Below, piece after piece: positions 38,003 through 51,418 of a stretch of 64,000 nt of DNA. Each line of letters begins with the position of its first letter. Within the stretch, counting starts at the first letter, position 1. This DNA is from Octopus vulgaris (taxonomy: Eukaryota), in the NCBI GenBank assembly GCA_951406725.2, contig OX597827.1:124001-188000 (forward strand), given 5' to 3'. The position numbers were made by a program, and so were the translations under genes. The notes beneath the pieces are model-generated. The model saw nothing but the letters and a program-made list of their open reading frames with translations. It did not search any database and was not told the origin of the DNA.

Positions 38003-39593
38003 TTTATTTTTTATTACCCACAAGGGGCCAAAAATAGAGGATATACATTACAAAAGACAATACAAAACACGTAACCGGGGAAATAAAAATCCAAATAGAA
38101 ATTGAGCAAGGAAGAGAAAATAAAAAGAACGAATGAAATTATGAAAATGATAAAATGTGGCCCACTCGGCCCCCGAAGTCGAGTGGTTACATTTGGACAT
38201 TATTTTGGACAGCTTTTTCTTAAATTTAAAAAGTTCCCATCTTCATAATTTTTGTTATATATTGTTCATATTTTTTTTAATTTTTAAAATCTTTATATTC
38301 AATTAAAGGCGGTAGGGCCTCAAACTACACTGACCCACCCAATGAAGTTATATAGCTTCTATATGAATTTATGAATATGTCGTATCTATCGACACTCAAT
38401 ATTACACATTTTTCTTCTTTAAAATTCTCCCTGGGCTGTTTCACCCTTATTACTCCTTTCCATTTGGATATCCTCCTTTCCACATCTACATCCTTTTGGT
38501 ACTAAATTACGTATGCTTTGTTTTTCAACCTGTGCTTTACCTTCTCTTCCACCGAATCTTTCTCACTTGGTTCCGTCTCTACTGTCTGCGTATGCTTGAA
38601 AATAGGCAGCTCCTTACCTTTTTTGGGTGTCCCATCTGGTTCTACTGCTGGTCCTTGCGAGCATTCTCTTGATTTCGCCTTTTCCCTCCTTTTGGGGCTG
38701 ACAAACCCATCACCCCCCATCCTTTGCTACTTTCATTCCGTCTTCCTTCGGCTTCACTTCCTCTGTATCTCTGGCGCACTCCTTGGTCTTTCTCCACAGC
38801 CTTCTCACTCTGAGAAGGCTTGTGCTTGGGGCACTGCATCCTCATATGGCCTCTTACTCCACATTCATAACAATTGGGTCGATGGCCCTCAACAATTACT
38901 TTGAGTCAACTCTCTCCCGCAATCTCTATCTAGAAGAGGATCCTCTTGATGTTTTCAAAAATGGCAAAAAACCACATCACGACTCCGCATTCTCACCAGT
39001 TTAAGATGCTCGTTCTTCCCACTTGTCCCAATTCGGGACTTTCCTCAGTGGAAGCCAGAATAGCTGCCACCAACCACTCTGTCTTTATTTCTGGTGGTAC
39101 CCTTCTGATTCGGGTCCGAACAATTCGCCTGCCCCTATACACGGGCAGCAGCGTTACCTTGTCAGAGCATATAACAGTGGTGGAATGAGAAACCGCCTCT
39201 TCTTTGGTGGAAAACCTCACCTTCACCGTGCCATATTTTCTTCCTCAGCTTACAAAAGTTGCTTTTCTCATCAGAGGTCCTAAACATTCCTCTATTTTTT
39301 TGGTGGCAACCTCTTGCATGCAGTACATCACCGTCCTATCGCTCTTATCGTTGACCGTTTCCTCAGGAGAGACTAGTTTTATTGCATCTCCCTCTCTTTG
39401 TACAAATTGTTCACTTCTTATAATATCGTACATATTCATTTTCATCTGCTTCACTTCCAACGGCATAGCTGCTCCCACTGCAGCAGATTTTGCATAGCTT
39501 TCCATAATGAAAAGCTAATTTTTCACCCCCCACAATGGGGAGAAAAACAGCAAAAAACAACAACAGCAAAAAAAAAAGATACGTATGAGTCGC
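38003..39593 (-). mobile_element. Tx1/L1-like element with ORF1 only (no ORF2) and a polyadenylation-signal 3' end
   Basis: Interrupted ORF from 39505 (MESYAKSAA..KVRFSTKEEA..LLPVYRGRR..RVPPEI..CYECGVRGHMRMQCP), followed by a 3' UTR ending gggtaataaaaaataaa at ~38003. Confidence 0.7.
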
Positions 39594-40179
39594 TTCAACA
39601 ATAATTTTCAACAGTAATAAAAACAAGTTTAAGAATGAACAATCCCAGAGAGAAAGACTTCAACAAACAAACATAAAAGTTATAAAGCAAAAGATGCGTT
39701 TCTTCATGTTCAAACTGTGCTTGATGCATTGTACAGTGCTCTATAGTGATACCAACTCTACCAAATCTTAATACACTGTATTCCATCCTTATTTTCATGT
39801 TTGAAAAGAAGTTCATACGGTTAGACTTGAATCCATAGTGCCAGTGAACAATACATTGTTACTGCCAAACTGAATTGTGAATTCTGGGCTTGGTTCTGGG
39901 CTTGGTCCCACAACATAGTATCAGAGGTAAGTGTCTTATACTATAGCAACAAGTTTATTAATGCTTTGAATAAAGTTTGATAGGCAGAAACTCTACAAAA
40001 GCGCATCTCTCTCATCCCCAACCAACAAATGTACATTGATAAAATGAATGCTAAAGTTTGTGAGAGTTAAAAATTACTGCAACAGTAAACTCTTGTGCAT
40101 GCTCAAAATCCAATTATCAAAAAAGACTGAATGAAGGAAAGCATATATATATGTGCGTGCGTATATATATATATATATA

Positions 40180-41156
40180 TCTATATATATAAAACTGAGA
40201 ATGTGTGTCTGTCTGTCTGTGTGTTTCCTAAAACTTGAGAACTACACAACCAATTTCATTCAAATTTTACACATTCCTTACTTAGGGCCCGGGGAGTGTC
40301 ATCGGCAAAACTAATTTTTAACAATATCATATCTTCTTCACTACAATTCCCTAAAACTTGAGAACTACACAACCAATTTCATTCAAATTTTACACATGCC
40401 TTACTTAGGGTCCATGTAGTTTCATGGGGAAAAAAATGTTCAACTTCTTGCCTAGAGCGAGCCCATAGCAATATCATATCTTCTCCGCTATTTCAGTATT
40501 ACGTGTTAAAAGTGAAACAAAAACATTTCTCTATTTTATGTCAGATGCTTTCACTTTAACAGTAAAAATAATAATAACAATTGAATTATATGTAGTAAGT
40601 AGTAATTAAAATCAAACTAAAGTATAATATAATCGTAACATAACAAAAGTAAAAATAGCAATTGGTATAAAATTGCATCAATGATTTGAAATTGAATAAG
40701 TGGTTTCACATGAATGGGAATAAATTAAAAATAAAATTAGTGTGCAGAAATGGAATAGTCCAGATGGATAATAAAAAATTAAATTAAAGAAAAGGCTATT
40801 GTCTATAAAGTATACAATGTAGAGAAAAAAGAAGATTTGAACACCTGGAGGAAAGCACCTTCGAAAAGTGTCTTGGTGCGACTATGAAAGATATCTAACC
40901 AGGGGCGGTAAATTCGCCACAATAGAAGTAAGGTTCGAGTCAACGGAGCGTGCAAGGGAGTACTCGACTCGAACTTGCAAAGTGGAAATATTTTATTTTT
41001 ACCTTTATATCTAGGATGTAGGATGTCTCGGATAAAAATTTAAAATGCCCCCCCACTCAGAAGTAGAGGTAGGCTGGATTGTAGCCACACTTCTATACAA
41101 GAGGGACAACAAGATACAATTGATCGAAATTACAAGAGACGGGCTTACAATTCCAG
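40180..41156 (+). mobile_element. Non-autonomous Helitron-like element; 3' end uncertain
   Basis: 5' TCTATATATATAAAACTG resembles the terminus at 8820. Internal direct repeat at 40227-40287 and 40350-40410. Possible degenerate 3' end acgggcttacaattCCAG|T. Confidence 0.45.
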
Positions 41157-41293
41157 TCAGTTATATATTTTGAGTATTGTTATCACTAGCGATATCAAGA
41201 TATAATTTTGTGTTTTGTATTTTATGTGTAGATGTATATATATATAGATGTACATGTAATATGTACACATATATATACACATATATACATGCA

Positions 41294-41997
41294 CTAGCAC
41301 TATGACCCGGCAACGACGGGTCATAATGTGGTCAAATCTAGTAGGTGAGGAATTAATGAGAACAAAGGGTGTGGAGATGTTCTGTGTGACCAAAGCTAAT
41401 GTTCTGAATATTTTAAGAATACAGGGTGTATTTTTTTGGGTGCGAGACAATACCTACCTAAAAGCATGTATGTGTATACAGAACATCTCCACACCCCTTG
41501 TTCTCATTAATTCCTCACCTACTAGATTTGACCGCAGCCTGACCTGGATTTATTCCAACGGACCTTTTGTCGGCCCCCACCAAACCCCCGATTTCAACGT
41601 ACATTGATAAACATTTTACCCATGGGCTCTTAAGGAGCGTCCTCGTTCGAATTGCTTTGCAGCGCCTTTGTTTTGTTTTGTTCTGACAACGTAATTCCTG
41701 GTTTTTCCTAAAGAGAAAGCTGCAATATGGTATCCTTATTTAATCAGAATTTGGAAAATTGTGGCCTTTGAAACATGTGTAGAATGTAATAAAAGGAATT
41801 CTGTACAATCTTCGTTCAACTCCATTTCTTCCATTCACTAATTATATTAAACTTCAATTATCCGCACCAACGCACAGTTGCAACACCATATGGTCTTATC
41901 TCCAACCATGTTTTTTCTGCTGTGATTTTTGCTACCCTGGTATCGGTTAAACTTTTGAATAATCCGTAACAAGATAATTCATCTTTCTATTTCAACA

Positions 41998-42000
<3 letters not shown>
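41294..42000 (-). mobile_element. Helitron 3' portion with an internal 59-bp inverted repeat; 5' end not identified
   Basis: a|CTAG at 41294, subterminal hairpin tatgacccggcaacgacgggtcata (41301-41325), inverted-repeat arms at 41327-41385 and 41478-41536. Confidence 0.6.
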
Positions 42001-42044
<44 letters not shown>

Positions 42045-42059
42045 ACACACACACATATA

Positions 42060-42945
42060 TGAGGATGTACCCAGAAGAAATTGGAATTTGGCAATATTTT
42101 ATTCACTTAATTTTATATGTTTACACTTTTTTTGCCTTCAAAGTATTCTTCATTTGAAGCAATGCATCAGTCCAGGCATGTCTTCCACTATTTGAAACAG
42201 CACTGGAACTCTTGTGAAGTGATGCTTTTAATGCCTTCATTGTTTTTTCCTTCACCTCTTCCACCTCTGCAAATTCCATGGCACCAGCTTCCATCACCAG
42301 TGAAAAAAGGTCCAGATCAATTACCAACTGTTCTTTCAGTTTACGACATGCATTCAGTTGTGACCACTTTTGCTCTTCCATGAGCAAGTGAGAGACACAA
42401 ATTTTACTGCAGCACTTTTCATTCATGATTCCTTGCTCAAAATTAATTGGCAGGAGCTTCAAGACACACCAGTTATATCAACAAGTTCATCAATTGTTCA
42501 TTGATGGTCCTCCAAGGTCAGTTCATGAATTTCCATGATGTTTTCATTTGTTTGGGAGATCAACAATCATCCTGAACAAGGTTGAACTTCAAGCAACAAG
42601 TGATCATTCTTAAAGTATGGAAACCACTTGTGTTTTGCTCATAACAGCGTCTTTGTAGGCTGTTTGAAGTATGACAACTGTTTCAGCTGCCGTTTTCCTC
42701 AGCAGAAAATAGAATTTTACAGAAGCACGTTGTTCCTTTATTTCAGCCATCACAGAAATTTGATGAACAGGGGAGAAACACTGCAAAACAAAGATGTGCC
42801 ACATATCAGTACAACCTCACATGACAACACCAGTCAGCAGACTGGTGCCTGAGGGTTGCATGAAGTGGCTTCTAGCAACAGAAGCCTCAACTATAATGGG
42901 TTTGTCCCACAGAGAACATTTCCAGTTACTTTTGGGTACCCCCTC
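42060..42945 (-). mobile_element. Internally deleted mariner transposon
   Basis: TIRs gaggatgtacccagaagaaattggaa and ttccagttacttttgggtaccccctc. N-terminus MAEIKEQRASVKFYFLLRKTAAETV..AYKD; C-terminus FQQCFK.WK..CIASNEEYFEG. A second mariner 3' fragment lies at 42965-43280. Confidence 0.85.
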
Positions 42946-43875
42946 ACACACACACACACACACACAAGGATTGGCTGAAAAGTTCAGCGGCTGGCAAAGA
43001 TGCTCTCATGGAATGTAACCAACTGAGGTTTATTTCTCAACATAGCCCCAATTGCAGTTCACTCACTTCTTCCATGGATGTTGCAGTGTGGATCCCATTA
43101 GTGAAAGAGCTTTTATCCTGCTGGTCAAAAATGTCATTATTAGCAGATATGATGTTGTCATCACTGCAATACTGGTTCTCAGCCAAGAGTGTTTCATGTT
43201 GGGGAACTGATGATAGTCAGATGGGGCTCAATCAAGCAAATAGGGAGGCTGATTAACCAGTTTAAAACCAGTCATACACTTGTTGTTACGCATAGATAGA
43301 AATTGAAATTGAAAAGAGGTCTAGTTAAAAATATGGACTACTTATAGTGTTCATATTATCTGAAAATGGCATTTTGGGTCTGTTGGTATTGTAAAATATT
43401 TTATGAGGTCATTGTTTGTCTGCTTCATACAAAATGATAATAAAAATAAACCAGTGATTGTAAAAATTTAAGATGCTTATAATATTTTAAGAAAAGGTGT
43501 CCATCTTTACATACTGAGGTTGACTTTGTCTTTCATCCTTTCAAGGTCAATAAAATAAATACCAGCCAAGTACTGAGGTCAATGTAATCAACTTACACCT
43601 TCCCCGAACTTGCTGGCTTTGTGCCAAAATTTGAAATCAGTATTTTAAGAGGGGATTCTAACAGCACAATTTTTTTTAGACTGAGTAGTAAATAAGGGAA
43701 CAATCTTGCAGCTGGCGATTTTGGTAGTGAAGCGGAACTTGATTTCTATTATTGACTGACATTCCCTGGATTTTGTAATTTAACTTCAATATACAGTGAA
43801 ATATTGTATTTGTTACAAGACAATGTTGATTATTGTAACAGTTTGTATTTAAAATAGATATAGGAAGGATGAGTA

Positions 43876-43960
<85 letters not shown>

Positions 43961-46900
43961 AGCAACTGTTTTTGTTTTAATATCAACAAATTTCTGAACA
44001 CCCAGAGAGCAAAATGTGAAAATAATTCTGGACTGTATTGGTAAAAGATATAAGGTAACTCTCAACTAAATTGGAGTGTTTAGTAATGGGGATGTGGTGT
44101 GAAATAAAAATAACTCTCATTTGATAGTTGTAGTGGTGACAGATACAGGTAACTCTTTACTAAACATAAGAGTAGGGTGGGAAAGTAGTGGTTAAAAGTA
44201 CAAATATTAAACTGAAATAGAATTTCAAAGGTAAATGTAATATTTGGAAGTAATAATGATGCATATATTGAAGGTGACCAACAGAAATAGTTGTGTCTAT
44301 TTTTACGAAGTAATCAGGTGAAATTTGTTTGAACAGGAAAGAACTTTTATCCTCAGAATCATCAATATTTGTGTGACTGAAATGAGATAGACAAGAATAA
44401 CAATTGTGAACGTTAGAATTTCTAGTAAGAAATATTGGACAAAATACTCCGTGGTATTTCATTACATTGTTTTATGGTGATAAAATAGTTACCATCAAGT
44501 ACTGGGTTCAATATAACCCACTGTAACCCTGAAGGTAGTGTTCCAGTATGGCCATAGTCCAATTTCTGAAGTCAGTAAAAGGATAAAAGAATTTATAAGA
44601 AATATTAAATAAAAGGGATTGAACGTTTTTATTAATTTCCATAAGTATTTAGAATAGATCATTATTTTTTAAAATCTATATATAAAGTTATTGGTCTGTT
44701 GGATATGAAAGGAATTAACCAGATTAAACTAGTTTTACCAGGAGTGTGGTTAGTACGGACTCAACAGATTTATGATTAGAGACACTCCAAAAGTCCAATT
44801 TGTCCAACTTATTTAAAAGGGTCGGGTGTGTCTTGAGGGTTTTAATTGGTATTTCTAGCAGTTTGGGCAACTGTGTAGAAGGTCTCTGGTTGGTTTGTAT
44901 ATTAACATGTCATGGTTTACATTGAGAACAGTTGATAAAAAATGTTGGAATAGAATCTTTCCTTTCAAGAACCAGAAAAATGCCCTGAAATAAAATTCAT
45001 TCCCCAATTCTGTTTCATCCAGTTTTGTTAAGAATATCTGCTTTAAAATTCTTACAAAAAATACTGAAATAAATGCAGCAAATATAAGAATTAAATAATA
45101 ATTTTATTTGATGATAGGTAGCTATTGGGTAAATGTCTGAGGCAGCCACACTGCATAGATTATAGTTAAAGTCTGTTATTGTCCATTCTCTTTCTTCTTT
45201 ATCAATTTCTCTGTTGACTAGTTCCAACCATGTCAACTTCATTCTTAAGTCTTTTTCAGTCAACTTGCCATCTTCTTTTCTTTCTCTTTCATATTTACTG
45301 GAGTCTATGGCAACTGTTTGCAGATTAGTATTTAAATATTTTGAGTGAAATAAACTCTAAAGTTTGATGTGAATACTTTGGTAAAAACATTATATTACAA
45401 CAGACTGCCATCTCTCACATTTTCCCTCACTCACTCTCTTTGGTTTATTATTATTATTACAATGGTATTCTTACTTTCTCCGCAGCCAGTTTTAAAAGAA
45501 AAAAGTAGAATGTTGCAACACATACACATATTGATTTAAGGATGTCATGTCACTAACATGGAGCAATAGAAATATTTCAAAATGGAAACCTGACAAATAT
45601 TTAACATGATTACACCTGTTAAAACAATTGGCTTCTTTATGATTGGCAAAGGTAGGATATTGTAAGAAATTAGCCAAACTGAAGTCCCTTTTAGCAAGTA
45701 GTGAATCACACACTAACTAGTTCCTTTTATGACTAGGTTCAGTGGCATGATATGTTTGGATAGAATAAAAGGACAAGTATATTGATATTTTTCATGGTTT
45801 CAATGGGTGAGGTAGTGGGGGGAGACACTGAAACTCAGATAAAGTCTTGAATTGGTGGGGTCTAATTACCAAAAATCATTGTATGTAATTGACAAGTATA
45901 TTAAGTGCTCAAAGGGTTTGCACTTATTCTGAATCTTAAACCCAGAGATTATGATAAAACCCACTCGTGTATATTGTTGTGCATGTCTTCGGTCATCCCC
46001 CCCCCCTATAGACTCAGTCAGTTTATGGGATTCAAGCCACATACCAGGCAATGGCTGTATATCTAAGAAGTCTTTTTTAAGCTGACACTGCAAGCTTCTT
46101 GTTCTGCACGTAGACAATAGGAAACTTCACAGCCTCGCCATGGATCACTACCTTAAGAGGAAACATTCAGTGATGTCCCAACAACCAACAGATTATAAGA
46201 CATTACTACACCATTAATGATATTTTATTGCCATTTTGTAGGCTTACAGCCAAAGTTCATCAGTTTCACCAACCAATGGAGATGGATTGTCAGCTTAGTG
46301 ACTTACTGTTCATTCAGCCAAGTAGTCAGTAGTTCATATCCTATCATTGGTACTGCCCACTGTCCATTCCCAATGCTGTAAATAAATTGTTACTTAAACA
46401 AAGATATTCCAGTTTTCACCATCTTATCTTTTATTCAGGTGGTGTGTATAAAGGGACATTTTATGTAATGTGTCCTTCTCCTGTACAAGATTTGACTGCT
46501 ATTTCTAGCAGATGGAATGCATACACAGAAGTTCCCTCTGAGATTATTGATGTTGTGCTGCAGTATAAGTGATCAAAGTTTCATTGGCTGACCAGGTTGA
46601 ATTCATTCAAAGCCTCCTGCAGGCAAATTAAAATTAAATGCAATACCCAAGCTACCTGTCCAGGTTGTGGAGAGGTAGATGCATTTTATCTTTCAGCTGT
46701 TTAACATCACTGAAATGCTTTTTAGATCCTTAGGATCAGTAGCTCACTATTTCTTTTCTTTTTTTGATCAATAAATCATGAAATGGGGGGGCAGATTGAA
46801 ACAGTAACAAATCAAAGTGTGTGTGTGTGTGTGTATGTGTGTAGATAGACAGACAGACAGACAGACAGATAGATATTCCAGTCACCGGGTATCAAAGAAA

Positions 46901-47259
46901 AAAATTAGGATTTCTTGATCAGCTGTTAATCTCTTTTACATATTCTTCACTGGATTCAAAATTTATCCCAACTCTTCAGAAACATAAACAAATAAATAAA
47001 TATTTTTAAAAACTGGAAACAAATAAATAAATGATTACATAGTTATTAGGAAAAAAGAAAGCATAATCAGGTATCAAGGTGAGTGACTCAGAAACCAGAA
47101 ACGAGTTTGTTGATTGAGAAAGAGGACATGATGAGTTCATTTTAGAGTTCTGATTTGGGGAGTGAAAATGTGTGTGTCTGAATATATACACACACACACA
47201 GATATATATATATGTATATACCTAAAATATACTCACTCATGTATGTATGTATGTATATA

Positions 47260-47299
<40 letters not shown>

Positions 47300-47334
47300 C
47301 ATATAAGAGAGAGGGTACGTATGCCGCTATATAT

Positions 47335-47667
47335 AATACAAACTGGAACAAGAACGCAAAACATTTAGAAGATGATACAAAAAACACGGATGGGACATTC
47401 AAAGCCTTCAATCTTCAGTCAAGAACTGGATCATCCTCGCAATTTCGGCTGATTAATCTTGAGTTTGGAGCAATCTGAGATTGGAGCAATCTGAGATTGG
47501 AGCAATCTGAGATTGGAGCAATCTGAGATTGGAGCAATCTCAAGATTAATCAGCCGAAATTGCGAGGAAGATCCGGTTCATGACTGAAGATTGAAGGCTT
47601 TGAATGTCCCGTCCGTGTTTTTTGTATCATCTTCTAAATGTTTTGTGTTCTTGTTCCAGTTTGTATT
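47335..47667. repeat. Long palindrome (~128-bp arms) with five 16-bp tandem units at the centre
   Basis: Arms are near-perfect reverse complements. The centre (47461-47540) is (gagattggagcaatct) x5, with one substitution in unit 1. Confidence 0.95.
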
Positions 47668-47697
47668 TTTTTTATATATATATATATATATATATAT

Positions 47698-47945
47698 CGT
47701 GATCACATGACCGACCAGGCTATCAGATGTTGTTATACATCACTGGTCACAATGCACATTTGCATTGTTTTAGCCTTCTAATGACACCATCTCGCAGGCT
47801 AGGCAAGCAGGCCAACATTCAACCCTGATCAAAAGTGGAGACTGGAGCAATGTGAAATGAAGTGTTTTGCTCCAGAACACAATGCGTTGCCCACGATCTA
47901 GCGATCACGAGTGCCACAGCCTAACTTCTAGGCCACGTGCCTTCA
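47698..47945 (-). mobile_element. SINE family E
   Basis: Shares the gtgaccag..aacatctgatagcctggtcggtca 3' end with 51577-51878 in reverse orientation. Confidence 0.7.
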
Positions 47946-47993
47946 CATTTGTATATGTGTGTGTGTGTTATATATATATACACACACACATAC

Positions 47994-48026
<33 letters not shown>

Positions 48027-48117
48027 TGTATGTATGTATGTATTATTGTATATAATCAGGCGAACTACAAAGAATCTTGTGTAGCTCTGTGTCAGCAAGA
48101 CTTGAAAAAATATAGAA

Positions 48118-49811
48118 AAAAGTGAAAGTGGTACAGTGAACTTGCCATGAGGAATGGAACATCCAACGTTTAAGATGTCATCCTTCATCAGGAGGTATAG
48201 AAAAAGAGAAGTTGAAGAAAGAGTTTACATCCTCTCAGCTTGAAAAACTGGCTGCAACTGATAATGGATGCAGAATAACATAGGCTGCTACAGTGAAACA
48301 GAGGGTGTGCAAAAAGGGGGAGGAAAAGAGTGATGGAGAGAGTAGAGGTAAGCAAGTATGGTAATGTTGCAGAGAGAGGGTGGAAAGAGGATTAAAAAGG
48401 GTAAAAAAGAATTAAGAGGAAGGGAAAGGAAGGATGAAAGGAAAAACACTCATTCATACCTGTCGGGGACATAGTGCCAAGATCAAATATGAGATGTTGC
48501 TCCTTTCATTTCCTAGAGAAGAGGGGTCCATGGTGTAAGGCCATACCAATCACTGATAAATCTTCAATAGAATGATTCACAGTGTTAAAGTGGGTGACAA
48601 CAGGTTGACCTAGCATACATAGCATTATGCTTCTGATGTGTTCGCGAAAGCGATCCCCAAGGTGTCACTCTGTTTCTCCAATGTAAAGAGCACCACAGCA
48701 TTTGCAATATATGAAATTCGCCAAAGTGTAACAGAAGTGGTGTGTTCTGTGATATTGCTTCTTGGGTTCCTTGATGGTGGTAATATTGCTGATGTAGGGG
48801 TATGTGTTACATTGTCAGCGAGAACATTTAAAGGTTCCTGGTTGTGCGGAGCTGGGAGCTGTGAAGCTTCCAACAAGGAGATTTCTAAGACTCCTATCTT
48901 TTTTAAAAGACAGGAGAGGCAGTGTGGGACAGATAGGGGTGGTTGTTGGGTCAGAAAGAAGAATGCCATAATTGTGGGTGTTTGTATTTTAGAGGGAGGA
49001 TGGATGGGTGTAGGTGAGAAAGAGTGGAATACGGTCGGTGGAAGTACGTGAAGATGGTAGGAGAGCTGTGGTGCGGTTAATGGCTCAGATTCGGTGGAGT
49101 GCTGGGTTGACAACTGATGGAGAATAGCCTTCATTCAGGAAAAACTGCTGCATCATTTTGCAATGGGATTCGAAATCTGAATCAATGCTGCAAAATTGTA
49201 GAAGGTGAAGAAATTGAGAGAAAGGTATGGCAGATTTAATGTGTTTGGAGTAAGAGGAAGAGTAGAGAAGGTAGGAGTGAGAGTCAGTAGGTTTATAGTA
49301 GACAGAAGTGGAGAGGTGGGTACTGTGTATTTTGACAGAGATGTCCAGAAAGCAAACAGAAGTATCAGATATGGTGTAGGTAAATTCCAGGGCTGGGTGA
49401 AAGGTGTTAATGAAAGAAATAAAATTGTTGAGCTGTTGTCTGTTAAGGCTTATGGCACCATTGCAGTCATTGATGTAACAACCATACAGCATTTTCCTTT
49501 CATCCTCTTAATTCTTTTTTACCCTTTTTAATCTCTTTCCACCCTCTCTCTGCAACATTCCTGTATTTACTTACCTCTACTCTCTCCATCACTCTTTTCC
49601 TCCCCCTTTTTGCACACCCTCTCCTATAACTTCTGTTTCACTGTAGCAGCCTGTGTTATTCTGCATCCATTATCAGTTGCAGCCAGTTTTTCAAGCTGAG
49701 AGGATGTAAACTCTTTCTTCAACTTCTCTTTTTCTGAATACCCTAGTGAAGGATTACATCTGAAACATTGTATATTCCACTCCTCATGGCAAGTTTACTG
49801 TATCCATTTCA

Positions 49812-49815
<4 letters not shown>
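48118..49815 (-). mobile_element. 5'-truncated Penelope-like element with inverted pseudo-LTRs (~310 bp)
   Basis: RT region YINDC..INTFHPALEFT..FLDISV..TSVYYKPTDSHSYL and GIY-YIG region CCGALYIGETE..RFREH. 48118-48430 is the reverse complement of 49495-49815. Confidence 0.92.
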
Positions 49816-49875
<60 letters not shown>

Positions 49876-49878
<3 letters not shown>

Positions 49879-51418
49879 TAGTGGGCAAAATTAGAGAACA
49901 AAAATAAAAATTCAAGATATTTACATTTCTACTTCATTTTTCCAAATGGGATTTTAATTGTATATGCTTTAAAGTATGTTCATTATTTACAATAGATTTT
50001 GTAGGAAATAATTAATAACAGAAAAAAATGTTTATTTGAAAAATACAAGATGGACAAAATTAGAGAACATATGATGTAAAATTCAAGAAATCAAGATTTT
50101 GCCAGAAATTTTTACAATCCACATCCATGTATTAATAAGATGTGCACATTCCTTTATTTCTAACGACTGCAGCACATTTCCATCCACAGGATTTGAACAA
50201 TTTCTCACATTGTTCCGACATAATTTTATTCCATTCATCCTAAAGTTTTTCCCACAAAATAATAATATTCACAGGTCAGTGCACTCCAAGTATCTTCCAT
50301 AAGTTTTCAATGGAATTAAGGTCAGGGCTCTTAGCTGGCCAAAGCACCACAGTAATGTTTTCAGTTTGAAACACATCATTAACTATTTTAGCAATGTGAC
50401 ATGGTGCATTATCCTGCATAAAGATTAGCTGATGAGTTGGAGACGACCTCATAGCTGGCACAACATGCTGCAGAACAGTGCTTTTGTATATGGCTGCATT
50501 CCTATTACCATGGATCTGGATCAAAGGCCAAACACCTGCTGCAGAAATCATTCCCCAGACCATTAAACACCCACCTCCAAACTTCACTGATTTATTCACG
50601 CATTTAAGGGGAAATATTTCACACTTATAACATCTCACATACATTTTACCACCAGAGCCAACCAAATTGATCTTGCTTTCATCACTGAAGAACACATACA
50701 ACCAGCTGTTGCCTGTCCAAAGTACATGCTTGTTGACAAAGACTAACCTCACTTTCACTTTTCGGTTCTACATACTGATGTGAAGTTTAATATTGGGGGA
50801 ACGGGCATGAAGTATGACTTCCTTCAAACAATGAGCCACAGTCTTCCAAGACATTCATTCCATAATCACAATTTATTTGGTAAGAAATTCCTGCAGCAGT
50901 ATCAAAGTCTCTTAAGGATTGAATCACATGGTCTTACCAAACACTTGTTAATCATGGTCTGCCTTGTTTTTCTAATGATACAAATCAGCTTGTTTCTTCA
51001 TAAAGCTTGAGTATTCTTGAAACAACACTTTTTGATCTGTTTATACCTCTGGCAATAGCAGAAATTGCCATTCCTTCTTTTTTCAATGAGACCAATTGCT
51101 TCCTGATGTTTTCTTCAACTTTCTGTCAGTTTTCCATGTTTGTTAATTCACTACTGCTCAATAAAAATCTTAGTTTACATTGGTCAGAGTGTTGCCAGAT
51201 TGTACTTTTTGAATTTTATGCTATACGTTCTCTGATTTTTTTTCAAATAAACATTTTCTCTGTTATAAATTATTTAGTTATTGAATCACTTCCTACAAAA
51301 GTTTTTGTAAATAATGAATATACTTTAAAGTATATCCAGTAAAAATCTCATTGGTAAAAATGAAGTAGAAATGTAAATATCTTTAATTTTTATATTTGTT
51401 CTCTAATTTTGGCTACTA

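Noticed and set aside
47461-47540. CRISPR-like array of palindromic 16-bp repeats
   Set aside because: The units are contiguous with no spacers, there are no cas genes, and the context is eukaryotic.
47580-47612. Hammerhead in the long palindrome arm (CTGAAGA...GAAT)
   Set aside because: No GAAA, and no convincing stem II or stem III.
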